Source of the DNA: Thermoanaerobaculia bacterium
GTDB taxonomy: Bacteria > Acidobacteriota > Thermoanaerobaculia > Multivoradales > Multivoraceae
Direction: 5' to 3'
Assembly (NCBI GenBank): GCA_963666565.1
Contig: OY762911.1
Span: forward strand, 1,856,001 to 1,920,000
Length of the DNA stretch: 64,000 bases
Position 1 is the stretch's first letter. Each line of letters starts with the position of its first letter. Of this stretch, positions 20,421 to 29,924 are shown in pieces. The position numbers were made by a program, and so were the translations under genes. The notes below the pieces were generated by a model. That model worked only from the letters and a program-made list of their open reading frames with translations, was not told the DNA's origin and searched no databases.

Positions 20421-21224
20421 ATGTCGAACCAGCCAGGTACCGAGTGCACGCTCTACGAGGTCAGGAGCGGCGCCGCCTGGATCACGCTGAACCGTCCGGA
20501 ACGGCGGAACGCCCTGTCGCCGACGCTGATCACGGAGGTGTACGACCACCTGGCGGCGGCGCAGGCCGACGACGCCGTGCGCTCGATCGTCATCACCGGG
20601 GCCGGCAAGGGGTTCTGCTCGGGCGCCGATCTCAAGCGGCAGCCGGGCGAGAGCGAGCCGGACCGGATCGTGCCGTATCCGGACGTGCTGACCGCGATCT
20701 GGGAGGGCGAGAAGCCGGTGATCGCCGCCGTGAACGGGCACGCCTTCGCCGGCGGCCTGGGCATGGTCGCGGCATCGGACCTGGTCATCGCCGCCGAGGA
20801 GGCGATGTTCAGCTTCAGCGAGGTGCGCATCGGCGTCATCCCGGCGATCATCGCCGTCGTCTGCCTGCGCAAGCTGGGGCCGCACCACGGCATGAGGCTG
20901 TTCCTGACCGGCGACCGCTTCAGCGGCCGGCAGGCGGTGGAGTACGGCCTCGCCCACAAGGCGGTCCCGCGCGACGAGTTGATGGCGACGGTGCAGCAGG
21001 AGATCGACGCGATCAACCTGGGCGGGCCCAACGCGGTGGTCGAGTGCAAGAAGCTGGTTCGGGCCGTCCCCGACATCTCGCTCGCCGAGGGCTTCGAGCT
21101 GACCCAGGGCTGGAGCCGGCGCATGTTCCAGAGCGAGGAGGCGGTCGAGGGCATGGCGGCCTTCCGCGAGAAGCGCAAGCCGAGCTGGGCGTCGGCAGTC
21201 GAGTCCGGCGGAGAGTCCTCGTGA
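20421..21224 (+). CDS. Enoyl-CoA hydratase/isomerase (methylglutaconyl/isohexenylglutaconyl-CoA hydratase-like)
   Basis: LNRPERRNAL, FCSGADL, NGHAFAGG and FSEVRIG. RBS GAGGAGG before ATG 20421. Confidence 0.9.
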   Translation: MSNQPGTECTLYEVRSGAAWITLNRPERRNALSPTLITEVYDHLAAAQADDAVRSIVITGAGKGFCSGADLKRQPGESEPDRIVPYPDVLTAIWEGEKPVIAAVNGHAFAGGLGMVAASDLVIAAEEAMFSFSEVRIGVIPAIIAVVCLRKLGPHHGMRLFLTGDRFSGRQAVEYGLAHKAVPRDELMATVQQEIDAINLGGPNAVVECKKLVRAVPDISLAEGFELTQGWSRRMFQSEEAVEGMAAFREKRKPSWASAVESGGESS

Positions 21225-21233
21225 CGCTTCTCG

Positions 21234-21286
21234 CTGGGTGCGCGGGTCTTCCGACCCGCCCTGGGTGCGCGGGTCTTCCGACCCGC
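21234..21286 (+). repeat. Two tandem copies of the REP-like repeat
   Basis: CTGGGTGCGCGGGTCTTCCGACCCGC at 21234-21259 and 21261-21286. Confidence 0.85.
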
Positions 21287-21321
21287 TTCTGGCTTGGCAG
21301 CGGTAGAGCCGAGGCTTCCAG

Positions 21322-21933
21322 ATGACGATTCAGCTCTACCACTGCCAGGGCGCCCGCTCGCTGCGCGCGGTCTGGACGCTCGATGAGATGGGCCTCGACT
21401 ACGACCTGCACGTGCTTCCCTTCCCGCCGCGGGTGTTCAAGAAGGACTACCTCGGCACCAACCTCCTCGGCACGGTGCCCTACATGATCGACGGCGACGT
21501 GCACATGACGGAGTCCTCCGGCATCGCGAAGTACTTGGTCGACCGCTACGGCCCGACGCCGCTCGCCGTCGACGTGGACGACCCGGAGTACGGCGCGTAT
21601 CTGAACTGGCTGTTCTACAGCGACGCGACGTTGACCTTCCCGCAGACGCTGTTTCTGCGGTACACGCGGCTGGAGCCCGAGGAGCGGCGCGTGCCGCAGG
21701 TCGCGGAGGACTACCGGCGGTGGTTCCTGGGCCGCCTGCGACTGGTCGAGGCGGCGACCTCGGACGGCCGCGACTTCCTCTGCTGCGGCCGCTTCACGAT
21801 CGCCGACATCTGCGTCGGCTACGGCCTGAAGCTCGCGGAATCGCTCGGCATCGACGACTTCGGCGACAACGTGCGGCGCTACTGGACCGGGCTCCAGGAA
21901 GTCCCCTCGTACCAGCGGATCCGCGAGGTCTGA
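21322..21933 (+). CDS. Glutathione S-transferase family protein
   Basis: N-terminal thioredoxin-like domain (RSLRAVWTLDE, GTVP, TESSGI) and C-terminal FTIADI. Confidence 0.88.
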   Translation: MTIQLYHCQGARSLRAVWTLDEMGLDYDLHVLPFPPRVFKKDYLGTNLLGTVPYMIDGDVHMTESSGIAKYLVDRYGPTPLAVDVDDPEYGAYLNWLFYSDATLTFPQTLFLRYTRLEPEERRVPQVAEDYRRWFLGRLRLVEAATSDGRDFLCCGRFTIADICVGYGLKLAESLGIDDFGDNVRRYWTGLQEVPSYQRIREV

Positions 21934-21960
21934 GGCGCGGCTGCGGTGGCGTGGCGTCTT

Positions 21961-22159
21961 CGTCGGTTGAACCCGCCCGGGGCGTGGCCGGAGGGCCTTC
22001 CCATCGGACGCTCGCGCTCTCTGGGTGAAGGGGAGGACGGCGCTCGCTTCGGTCGGCTGCGCTCCGCGGCGTCGTCGGTCGCTGGGGGCCATCGGCAGTC
22101 GCTTGCCTCCAGCCCGCTGGGAAGGCCCTCCGGCCACGCCCCGGGCTGGAGGGCGTCGG
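21961..22159. repeat. ~200-bp structured dispersed element, copy A
   Basis: Perfect 29-bp inverted repeat (21975-22003 / 22118-22146). The interior is homologous to 29513-29714. Confidence 0.8.
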
Positions 22160-22241
22160 AGTTACCGGAGCGATTGTCCGCCGGTGCTGAGGTTTCGGGA
22201 ACGGATGGGGAGGCGTTTTCGTGGACCAGCCGCCGAGCAGG

Positions 22242-22267
22242 CTGGGTGCGCGGGTCTTCTGACCCGC
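22242..22267 (+). repeat. REP-like repeat copy
   Basis: CTGGGTGCGCGGGTCTTCTGACCCGC. Confidence 0.8.
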
Positions 22268-22434
22268 TCACGGGCGGCGCCGCGGAGCGGCGCAGCCCGG
22301 ACGACGGGGCCGCCGGCCACGGCGGAGCGTCTCACACTGGGTGCGCCGGCGTCCCCGCCGGCTTTCGAAGGGAACGCGCCGCGGAGGGGCGACCGCACTG
22401 TCGGGGGTCGATCGGCGGACTCGGTGGTCATGGG

Positions 22435-22920
22435 TTGGCGCTGAGCCTGGTTCTGGTTGCCGTCTCGTTGGTGGCCTGCGGCCCCCCCCGGAACCTGCCG
22501 ACGCCGGAACAGCCGATCGCCTGGAACCACAAGGTGCATGTCGAGGCTGGCCTGGAGTGCGTTCGTTGTCATCGGGGCGCCGAGGAGGGTGTCCATGCCG
22601 GGATGCCGTCGGTCCAGTCCTGCGCGGGCTGCCACCGGCGGGAGATTCCGGACCACCCCGAGGTCCGGAAGGTGATGCTCGCGAACGAGAACCGTGAGCC
22701 GATCCTGTGGGCGAAGGTCAACGTGATCCCGGATTCGGCGATGGTTCACTTCAACCATCGGGCGCACGCGCGGGCCGGGGTCGAGTGCCTGGCGTGCCAC
22801 GGCGATGTGGCGGCGATGACGGTGGCCGAGCCCGTGCGCAACGTGGCCGACATGGGCTGGTGCGTCGAGTGTCACCGCGAGAACGAGGCCAGCGACGACT
22901 GTCTGGCGTGCCATCGGTGA
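22435..22920 (+). CDS. Pentaheme cytochrome c (ActA/QrcA-like), probable lipoprotein
   Basis: Five CxxCH motifs (CVRCH, CAGCH, CLACH, CVECH, CLACH), QPIAWNHKVH, HFNHRAH and lipobox-like LVAC. Start uncertain (TTG 22435). Confidence 0.85.
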   Translation: MALSLVLVAVSLVACGPPRNLPTPEQPIAWNHKVHVEAGLECVRCHRGAEEGVHAGMPSVQSCAGCHRREIPDHPEVRKVMLANENREPILWAKVNVIPDSAMVHFNHRAHARAGVECLACHGDVAAMTVAEPVRNVADMGWCVECHRENEASDDCLACHR

Positions 22921-23002
22921 GAGTCGTGGCCGCGGTTCGAAGCGACCTGGCGCTTCCGGCGATGGCCGGAGTGCCGGACTGGCGCCGGCTGGAGGTGGTG
23001 GC

Positions 23003-25492
23003 GTGAAGGCCGCTGGCGAGGGGCCGCGCAAGCCCCGGGTGACGATCGGGCGGCGGGACTTCTTCAAGGTCTACGCCGCGGCCGGGGTCGCGGTGCTGCA
23101 GGGCTGCCGCCGTCGGGACGAAGAGTTGATCGAGTCGCCGGTGCGGCGGAGTACGGCTCTGCCGGGAGCGTCGGTGTGGCGGCGCTCGATCTGTGGACAG
23201 TGCGGCGCCGGTTGCGAGGTCGAAGTCCGGACGGTCGACCGGCTGGCCAAGAAGATCGAGGGGCTGCCGGACGGCTTCGTCAACCGGGGCGGCGTCTGCG
23301 CCCTGGGACATTCGGCTCTGCAGGAGCTGTATCACCCGGACCGGGTGACGGAACCGATGCGGCGGGGCGCCTCAGGCGAGTTGGAGCCGGTTTCGTGGGA
23401 GGAAGCGCTCGAGTCCGCGGCGACGGCGATCGCGGCCGCGCCGGACGCGACGACTGTTGTCGCCGGCGCGCCCTCGGGACCGCTTCTTGGCGTTTGGCGG
23501 CGGTTCGCGACGGCAGTTGGCGCGCCGCCGCCGGTTCACTGGCAGCCCGTCGACGCGGCGGTGGAGCGGGAGGCGGCGCGGCTCGCGTTCGGCGAGTCGA
23601 CCCGGCCGGCGTACGACCTGGCGCGGGCCGACTATGTGGTCTCCGTCGGCGCTCCCTTCCTCGACGGGTGGCGGAGTCCGGTCCACTTCGGCGCGTCCTG
23701 GGCCGAACTGACCGCCGACCGGGGCGGCAAGCTGGTTCAGGTCGAGGCGCGACAATCGCTGACAGCGGCGAACGCGGACGACTGGCTGCCGGTGCGGCCG
23801 GGCAGCGAGGGGTTCTTCGTTCGCGGCCTGGCCGGACTCCTGCTGGGGTCGGGAACGGAGCCGGGAACGGTCGGGGAGGAGGAGCGGGCGGCCTACGAAG
23901 CGCTCTACCCCGGCGCGCCGCCCGACCTGGCGGCGACCGCCGAGCGTTGCGGAATCGATGCCGGCCGGATCGAGAAGCTCGCGGCGGAACTCTCCCGCGC
24001 GCGCCGGCCGTTCGTGATGGCCGGCGGATCGGCGCTCGAAGGCGAGAGCGGCGTTGCCGCGGGTGCCGCGGCGCTTGCGCTCAACCTGCTGCTGGGCGCC
24101 GTGGGCCGCGAGGGCGGCGTCTTCGCCGGCGTCGACTTCGGGTTCGAGGATCGCCTGGCCGGCGACTCCGGTGTGGCCGCGCCGCCTGCGGAACTGACTG
24201 ACCGGCTGGCTGCGGCCGGCGAATCGGGCGTCCTCGTCGTGTCGGAAGCCGATCCGCTGCACGCGATGCCGGGGCTCGCGGCCGCCTTCGAGGGCGCAGG
24301 CACGGTGATCGCGCTCTCCGCCTTCTTCGACGACACGACTCGCCGCGCCGACCTCGTGCTGCCGGTTCAGACCGACTTGGAACGCTTCCAGGCGGTGGAA
24401 CCGGACCCGGTGCGCGGCGTTCCAGCCCTGCTCATCGCATCGCCGACGGTGGCGCCGCGCGGCGAGGCGCGGCATCCGGGCGACGTGGCGCTGGCGCTCG
24501 CCGCGGCCGCCGGCAGCGCCCTGCCCTGGCCGGGCTTCCAGGAGGCGGTCGAGGGTGCGCTGAGCGACGCCTTCGCGGCGACGAGGGCCGCCGGCGACGA
24601 CTCGAACGACCCGGCCGCCCTGCCGGCGGCGCTCATCGCAGGGGCGCTGAACGCGCGCCAGTTCGTGCGCCGGACGACGGACGCCGGCGGCCTGGTCGGA
24701 ACCGAGGACATGCGACGCGGGCCTTCCCCGACGCCGGCCGCGGACGACGGGGCCGCCACGGTTGCGGGGATCGTCGATCCGGCCTCGCTGCCGGCGCCCG
24801 CCGCTCCGGCGGGGGTGGAGGCCTTCACCCTGATCCCGTTCGAGTCGGTCAAGCTGGGCGACGGCCGCGGCGCCAACCGGCCCTGGCTGCAGGAGTTGCC
24901 GGACCCGCTGTCGACCGTCATGTGGGGGTCCTGGGCCGAGATGGCGACTGCCGACGCCGACCGGCTGGGCATCCGCACCGGCGACATCGTGCGGCTCACT
25001 GGAACCGCGGCCGAGATCGAACTGCCGGCGATCGTGCTGCCGTCGGTGCGGCCCGGCTCCGTCGGCGTGCCGGTCGGCGGCGGCCACGCGGACTACGGCC
25101 GTTACGCCCGCGGCCGGGGCGTCAACGTGAACGCCCTGCTCGACCCGGACCGCCGCGTCGCCGGCGCCGGCGCGTTCGCCCGCAGCGGCGTCCGCGTAAG
25201 GGTCGAGCGTTTGCGCCGTCCGCGCCGCGCCGAACGCCCCGTGATCTACGGCCGCGGTCTGCGCCAGGCCGAGGAGATTCCCGTCGGCTGGGCGCCGCAC
25301 GGCAGCGGCGCCGAGCACGCGGCGTTGCGGGAAGCCGGCGGGACGCCCGAGTTGGCGCGCACCGCGCCGCGCCTGAACCGGACCGTGCGCTCGTCATCGG
25401 GCGATCGGACGGAAGCTGGCCTGGTGCGCCGGCTCGGCCGGCCGCGGCGCGCGGCCGCGGTGTCGCCGTCGACTCGCGAGGAGAAGGCATGA
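23003..25492 (+). CDS. Molybdopterin-oxidoreductase-fold subunit (ActB1/QrcB-like), Tat-exported
   Basis: Twin-arginine RRDFFK, CGQCGAGC...C Fe-S motif, LYHPDR and GRGANRPWLQELPDP. Confidence 0.85.
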   Translation: MKAAGEGPRKPRVTIGRRDFFKVYAAAGVAVLQGCRRRDEELIESPVRRSTALPGASVWRRSICGQCGAGCEVEVRTVDRLAKKIEGLPDGFVNRGGVCALGHSALQELYHPDRVTEPMRRGASGELEPVSWEEALESAATAIAAAPDATTVVAGAPSGPLLGVWRRFATAVGAPPPVHWQPVDAAVEREAARLAFGESTRPAYDLARADYVVSVGAPFLDGWRSPVHFGASWAELTADRGGKLVQVEARQSLTAANADDWLPVRPGSEGFFVRGLAGLLLGSGTEPGTVGEEERAAYEALYPGAPPDLAATAERCGIDAGRIEKLAAELSRARRPFVMAGGSALEGESGVAAGAAALALNLLLGAVGREGGVFAGVDFGFEDRLAGDSGVAAPPAELTDRLAAAGESGVLVVSEADPLHAMPGLAAAFEGAGTVIALSAFFDDTTRRADLVLPVQTDLERFQAVEPDPVRGVPALLIASPTVAPRGEARHPGDVALALAAAAGSALPWPGFQEAVEGALSDAFAATRAAGDDSNDPAALPAALIAGALNARQFVRRTTDAGGLVGTEDMRRGPSPTPAADDGAATVAGIVDPASLPAPAAPAGVEAFTLIPFESVKLGDGRGANRPWLQELPDPLSTVMWGSWAEMATADADRLGIRTGDIVRLTGTAAEIELPAIVLPSVRPGSVGVPVGGGHADYGRYARGRGVNVNALLDPDRRVAGAGAFARSGVRVRVERLRRPRRAERPVIYGRGLRQAEEIPVGWAPHGSGAEHAALREAGGTPELARTAPRLNRTVRSSSGDRTEAGLVRRLGRPRRAAAVSPSTREEKA

Positions 25493-26190
25493 CGCGCTGG
25501 GGCATGGCCATCGATCTCGACCGCTGCACCGGCTGCGAGGCCTGCGTCGTCGCGTGCGCCGCCGAGAACAACATCCAGACGGTGGGCGAGGAGCAGGCGC
25601 GCGAGGGCCGGGCGATGCACTGGCTCCGGATCGAGCGCTACTACGAGGGCGAGTTCCCCAACGTCCGTACCCGCTTCATGCCCGTGCTCTGCCAGCACTG
25701 CGGCGCGGCGCCGTGCGAGCCCGTCTGCCCGGTCTACGCGACCTACCACAACCCGGAAGGGCTGAACGCGATGGTGTACAGCCGCTGCATCGGCACGCGG
25801 TTCTGCGCCAACAACTGCCCGTACACGGTGCGCGTCTTCAACTGGTTCGACGCCGAGTTCCCGGCGCCGCTCGAGTCCCAGTTGAACCCGGACGTCAGCG
25901 TCCGGCCCGGCGGCGTGATGGAGAAGTGCACCTTCTGCGTGCAGCGCATCCAGGCCGGCAAGGACGAGGCGGCTCAAGCAGAGCGCGAGGTCGCGGACGG
26001 CGACGTGAAGACGGCGTGCCAGCAGTCATGCCCGACAAAGGCGATCGCGTTCGGCGACCTCGACGATCCCGACAGCGAGGTGTCGCGGTGGGCCGAGTCG
26101 CCGCGGTCTTTCAGCCTGCTGGGCGATCTCGATACGCGCCCCGGCGTCGTCTACCTGAGCGGGTCGGAATGGCGGGAGCCTCCTGAATGA
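25489..26190 (+). CDS. 4Fe-4S dicluster protein (ActB2/NrfC-like)
   Basis: CTGCEACVVAC, CQHCGAAPCEPVCP, CIGTRFCANNCPY and EKCTFCVQR. Confidence 0.92.
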   Translation: MTRWGMAIDLDRCTGCEACVVACAAENNIQTVGEEQAREGRAMHWLRIERYYEGEFPNVRTRFMPVLCQHCGAAPCEPVCPVYATYHNPEGLNAMVYSRCIGTRFCANNCPYTVRVFNWFDAEFPAPLESQLNPDVSVRPGGVMEKCTFCVQRIQAGKDEAAQAEREVADGDVKTACQQSCPTKAIAFGDLDDPDSEVSRWAESPRSFSLLGDLDTRPGVVYLSGSEWREPPE

Positions 26191-27590
26191 CGGATCGGCC
26201 GCAGACCTCGGCCAAGGCGCTCGACGGCGAGCTGCTCGGCCGCCTCGACCGGCGCCGGCCCGGCCTGCTCCTGGGCTCGCTCGCCAGCGGCGCCCTGGTC
26301 CTCGTCTTCTTCTACTGCTGGGGCTACCAGATCGCGAACGGGATCGGCGTCACCGGCATCAACCGGCCGGTGTTCTGGGGCTTCTACATCATCAACTTCG
26401 TCTTCTGGATCGGCATCAGCCACGCCGGCACGCTGATCTCGGCGATCCTGCGGGTGACGAACGCCGAGTGGCGGCGGCCGGTCACCCGCTCGGCGGAGGC
26501 GATCACGCTGTTCGCTCTCGCCATCGGCGGCCTGTTCCCGCTGATCCACCTCGGCCGGGTGACGATCTTCTACTACATGGTCCCGTACCCGAACAGCCGG
26601 ATGCTGTGGCCGAACTTCCGCTCGCCCCTGGTGTGGGACATCGCCGCGATCACGACCTACATCATCGGCAGCGCGCTCTACCTGTTCCTGCCGCTGATCC
26701 CGGACGCGGCGGTCATGCGCGACCGTGCCGCGGCGGGCCTGAAGAAGCGTTTCTACGCGATCCTCGCGCTCGGCTGGCGCGGCACGGCGCAGCAGTGGCA
26801 CAGCCTGGAGTGGGGGATCCGCATTCTGGCGGTGGCGATCATCCCGGTCGCGGTCTCGGTCCACACGATCGTCTCCTGGGACTTCGCGATGACCCGGACG
26901 CCGGGCTGGAAGAGCACGATCTTCGGGCCGTACTTCGTCGTCGGCGCGATCTTCTCCGGTATCGCGGTGCTGATGATCGCGATGGCGCTGCTCCGGCGCG
27001 GCCTCTCGCTCGAGCGCTTCCTGACCGACCGCGTCTTCAACAACCTGGGGCTGCTGTTCGTGACGATGTCCCTGGTCTGGGGCTACTTCACGTTCGCCGA
27101 GCACCTGACCGTGTGGTACAGCGGCGACCTGCCGGAGAAGATGGTGCATCACGTCCTGCTGCACGGCGACTTCGCGCTGCCGTTCTGGACGATGGTGGTC
27201 GTGAACCTGGTGATCCCGGTGGCCGTGCTGTCGTTCCCGCGTGGCCGGCGGCCGCTGCCGACCGCGCTGGTCGGTTGCGGCGTGCTGGTCGGCATGTGGC
27301 TCGAACGGTTCCTGATCGTGGTGCCGGCGCTGTCGACGCCGCGGCTGGCCTACAACGTCGGCGACTACCTGCCGAGCTGGGTGGAAGTCGGCATCATGAT
27401 CGGGGCGGTCGGCGTGTTCGCCTGCCTCTACTTCACGTTCACCCAGTTGCTGCCGATCGTCTCGGTGTGGGAGATGCGCGAGGGCTGGCGGCACGCGGCG
27501 GGCGGCGCGGCGGGCGGGCACGTCGAGACCGCCGGCGCCGCGCCGCCGTCCGCCGCGGCTTCGCCGGCGCCGGGAGGAGGGGCGGCGTGA
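26187..27590 (+). CDS. NrfD/PsrC-family quinol-binding membrane subunit (ActC-like)
   Basis: WGFYIINFVFWIGISHAGTLISAIL, IHLGR, PNFRSPLVWD, VHTIVSWDF and PYFVVGAIFSG. Confidence 0.92.
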   Translation: MTDRPQTSAKALDGELLGRLDRRRPGLLLGSLASGALVLVFFYCWGYQIANGIGVTGINRPVFWGFYIINFVFWIGISHAGTLISAILRVTNAEWRRPVTRSAEAITLFALAIGGLFPLIHLGRVTIFYYMVPYPNSRMLWPNFRSPLVWDIAAITTYIIGSALYLFLPLIPDAAVMRDRAAAGLKKRFYAILALGWRGTAQQWHSLEWGIRILAVAIIPVAVSVHTIVSWDFAMTRTPGWKSTIFGPYFVVGAIFSGIAVLMIAMALLRRGLSLERFLTDRVFNNLGLLFVTMSLVWGYFTFAEHLTVWYSGDLPEKMVHHVLLHGDFALPFWTMVVVNLVIPVAVLSFPRGRRPLPTALVGCGVLVGMWLERFLIVVPALSTPRLAYNVGDYLPSWVEVGIMIGAVGVFACLYFTFTQLLPIVSVWEMREGWRHAAGGAAGGHVETAGAAPPSAAASPAPGGGAA

Positions 27591-28123
27591 CCGCGGCCGG
27601 CCGGGACCGCCTCGTGGAGGCCGTGTTCGAGCGCGTCGAGGACGTGCGGGCCGCCGTCGAGGCCGTGCTGGAGTCGGGAGTCGCGGCCTCGCAGGTCGAG
27701 GTGCGGAGTCCGGCGCCGCTCGAGGAGGGCGAACTGCCGCTGCCGAAGCCGAAGTCGCGGGTGCTGCTGTTCGCCCTTGCCGGCGCCGTTCTCGGCGGGC
27801 TCACGGCCTTCGGCCTGGCGGCCGGCACCGCGCTGGCCTACCCGCTGCCGACTGGCGGCATGTCGATCGTCGCCGGTCCGCCGGTGGGCGTCGTCACCTA
27901 CGAAGGGACGGCGCTGGGGCTGATCCTGATGACGGTGCTGCGGGTGTTGTGGGAAGGGGGCCTGTTGCCGGGCCGTGCGATCCGGGGCGGGCGCGGCCGG
28001 CCGTCGGACCTCGACCGGCACGTCGCCGACGGCAGGCTGCTGCTGCGGCTTCACGGCCTGAGCGAAGAGGAGGCCGGCCGGGCACGCGACCTTTGCCGTC
28101 CCGGCGCCCTCGAACTGAGGTAG
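27587..28123 (+). CDS. ActD-like (DUF3341-like) membrane protein
   Basis: EVRSPAP, two TM helices, YPLPTGG and VTYE. GTGA overlap with the upstream gene. Confidence 0.75.
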   Translation: MTAAGRDRLVEAVFERVEDVRAAVEAVLESGVAASQVEVRSPAPLEEGELPLPKPKSRVLLFALAGAVLGGLTAFGLAAGTALAYPLPTGGMSIVAGPPVGVVTYEGTALGLILMTVLRVLWEGGLLPGRAIRGGRGRPSDLDRHVADGRLLLRLHGLSEEEAGRARDLCRPGALELR

Positions 28124-28216
28124 GTCCCGGCGCCTCCTGTGGCGCTGGCCCGCCGGCTGCGATAGCTTCGCCGCTTCACGCTACAGCGCCCTCTCTGGAA
28201 AAGGAGCAAGCCAGCC

Positions 28217-29491
28217 ATGCCCGATCTCGATCCGTTCGGCATCGATGCCGAGTTGTACGACCTCTCGATGTCCGAGGAAGCGAAGCCGCTTCTGACCAAG
28301 GTCAAGAACTTCGTCGACGACTACGTCGAGCCGATCACCGAGGAGTACTACCGTCGCGGCGAAGGCCGGGAGGACCGGTGGAGCTACGGCGAGGGGCAGT
28401 TGGAGCTGCTCGACGGCGCCAAGGCGAAGGCCAGGGAGATGGGCCTGTGGAACTTCTTCCTGCCGGACGCGGAGACGGGCGAGGGCATGAAGAACCTCGA
28501 CTACGCCTACATCGCCCAGGTGCTCGGCAAGAACCCGCTCGCCTCGCAGTGCATGAACTGCAGCGCGCCGGACACCGGCAACATGGAAGTCCTCGAGCGC
28601 GTCGGCACGGAGGAGCAGAAGGAGAAGTGGCTGGTGCCGCTGCTGAACGGCGAGATCCGATCCTGCTTCGGCATGACGGAGCCGAACCTGGCCTCGTCCG
28701 ACGCGAAGAACATCGGTACCCGCGCGACGCTCGACGGCGACGAGTGGGTGATCGAGGGCGAGAAGTACTACATCTCCGGCGCCGGCGACCCGCGCTGCAA
28801 GATCATGATCTGCATGGTGAAGACGAGCCCCGGCGGGCCGGCGCACCGCCAGCAGTCCCAGATCCTGGTGCCGATGGACACGCCGGGCGTGAACGTCCTG
28901 GGGCCGATGAAGGTCTTCGGGCACGACCACGCGCCGCACGGCCACATGCACATCAAGCTGGACAACGTCCGCGTGCCGAAGGAGAACATCCTGCTCGGCG
29001 AGGGTCGGGGCTTCGAGATCTCCCAGCTTCGGCTCGGCCCGGGCCGCATCCACCACTGCATGCGGTCCGTCGGCCAGGCAGAGAAGGCGCTCGACCTGAT
29101 GGTCCAGCGCGGCATGTCCCGCGAGGCGTTCGGTCGGCCGATCATCCAGCTCGGCAAGAACATCGAGGTCGTGTCGCGCGCCCGCATCGACATCGAGGCG
29201 ATGCGCCTCATGGTGCTGCGCGCCGCCAAGGCGATGGACGTGCTCGGCAACCGGGAAGCGCGCGTCTGGGTCCACGCCGTCAAGGCGATGGTGCCCGAGC
29301 GCTGCTGCCAGATCATCGACCAGGCGATCCAGATGCACGGCGCCACCGGCGTCTCGCAGTGGACGCCTCTCGCCGACATGTACACCGGCCAGCGGACCCT
29401 GCGCATCGCGGACGGCCCGGACGAGGTGCATCACCTCGTCGTCGGCCGCGCCGAGCTGCGGCGGTACACGGAGGCGAGCGCCGCGAACTAG
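28217..29491 (+). CDS. Acyl-CoA dehydrogenase
   Basis: NCSAPDTGNMEVL, FGMTEP, ASSDA, RLGPGRIHHCMR and IADGPDEVH. Confidence 0.93.
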   Translation: MPDLDPFGIDAELYDLSMSEEAKPLLTKVKNFVDDYVEPITEEYYRRGEGREDRWSYGEGQLELLDGAKAKAREMGLWNFFLPDAETGEGMKNLDYAYIAQVLGKNPLASQCMNCSAPDTGNMEVLERVGTEEQKEKWLVPLLNGEIRSCFGMTEPNLASSDAKNIGTRATLDGDEWVIEGEKYYISGAGDPRCKIMICMVKTSPGGPAHRQQSQILVPMDTPGVNVLGPMKVFGHDHAPHGHMHIKLDNVRVPKENILLGEGRGFEISQLRLGPGRIHHCMRSVGQAEKALDLMVQRGMSREAFGRPIIQLGKNIEVVSRARIDIEAMRLMVLRAAKAMDVLGNREARVWVHAVKAMVPERCCQIIDQAIQMHGATGVSQWTPLADMYTGQRTLRIADGPDEVHHLVVGRAELRRYTEASAAN

Positions 29492-29512
29492 GCGGAGCGA
29501 GCAGCGCGTCGT

Positions 29513-29714
29513 CGTCGGTTGCACCCGCCTTCTCCAGGCCGGAGGAGAGGGTCGCCGGGGTCGCTCGCGCTCTCTGAATGAGTGGAAGGTCGGCGCTCGC
29601 TGCGGTCGGCTGCGCTCCGGTTCGGCGTCGGCCGATGCGGGGGCGTCGCCCGTCGCTTGCCGACAGCCCCAGGCGACCCTCTCCTCCGGCCGGGAGAAGG
29701 CTGGAGGTCGTCGG
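29513..29714. repeat. ~200-bp structured dispersed element, copy B
   Basis: 30-bp inverted repeat with one mismatch (29527-29556 / 29672-29701). The interior is homologous to 21961-22159. Confidence 0.8.
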
Positions 29715-29771
29715 CCTCTGCGGTTTCGATCGCTGCAGTCCTGGCTGGCCGCCCGTAGGCGGTCGCTCGTC

Positions 29772-29924
29772 TTACTTCACGTAGACCGGATTCGAGTAGA
29801 TCCACGTGTCCCGCGGCGACGGCCGCGCGGATCGACGGCTCGTCGAGTGCCGGCGCGAGGATGTGGGTCGTCGAGACGCAGCGGCCAGCAGGCCGCAGAC
29901 GCCGACCTGGAGCGGCAGCTTCAC
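29772..29924 (-). pseudogene. Possible internally deleted remnant of a secreted protein (50 aa)
   Basis: The GTG overlaps the amidohydrolase stop. It starts like a signal peptide (KLPLQVGVCGLLAAAS) and ends in WIYSNPVYVK. Confidence 0.3.
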
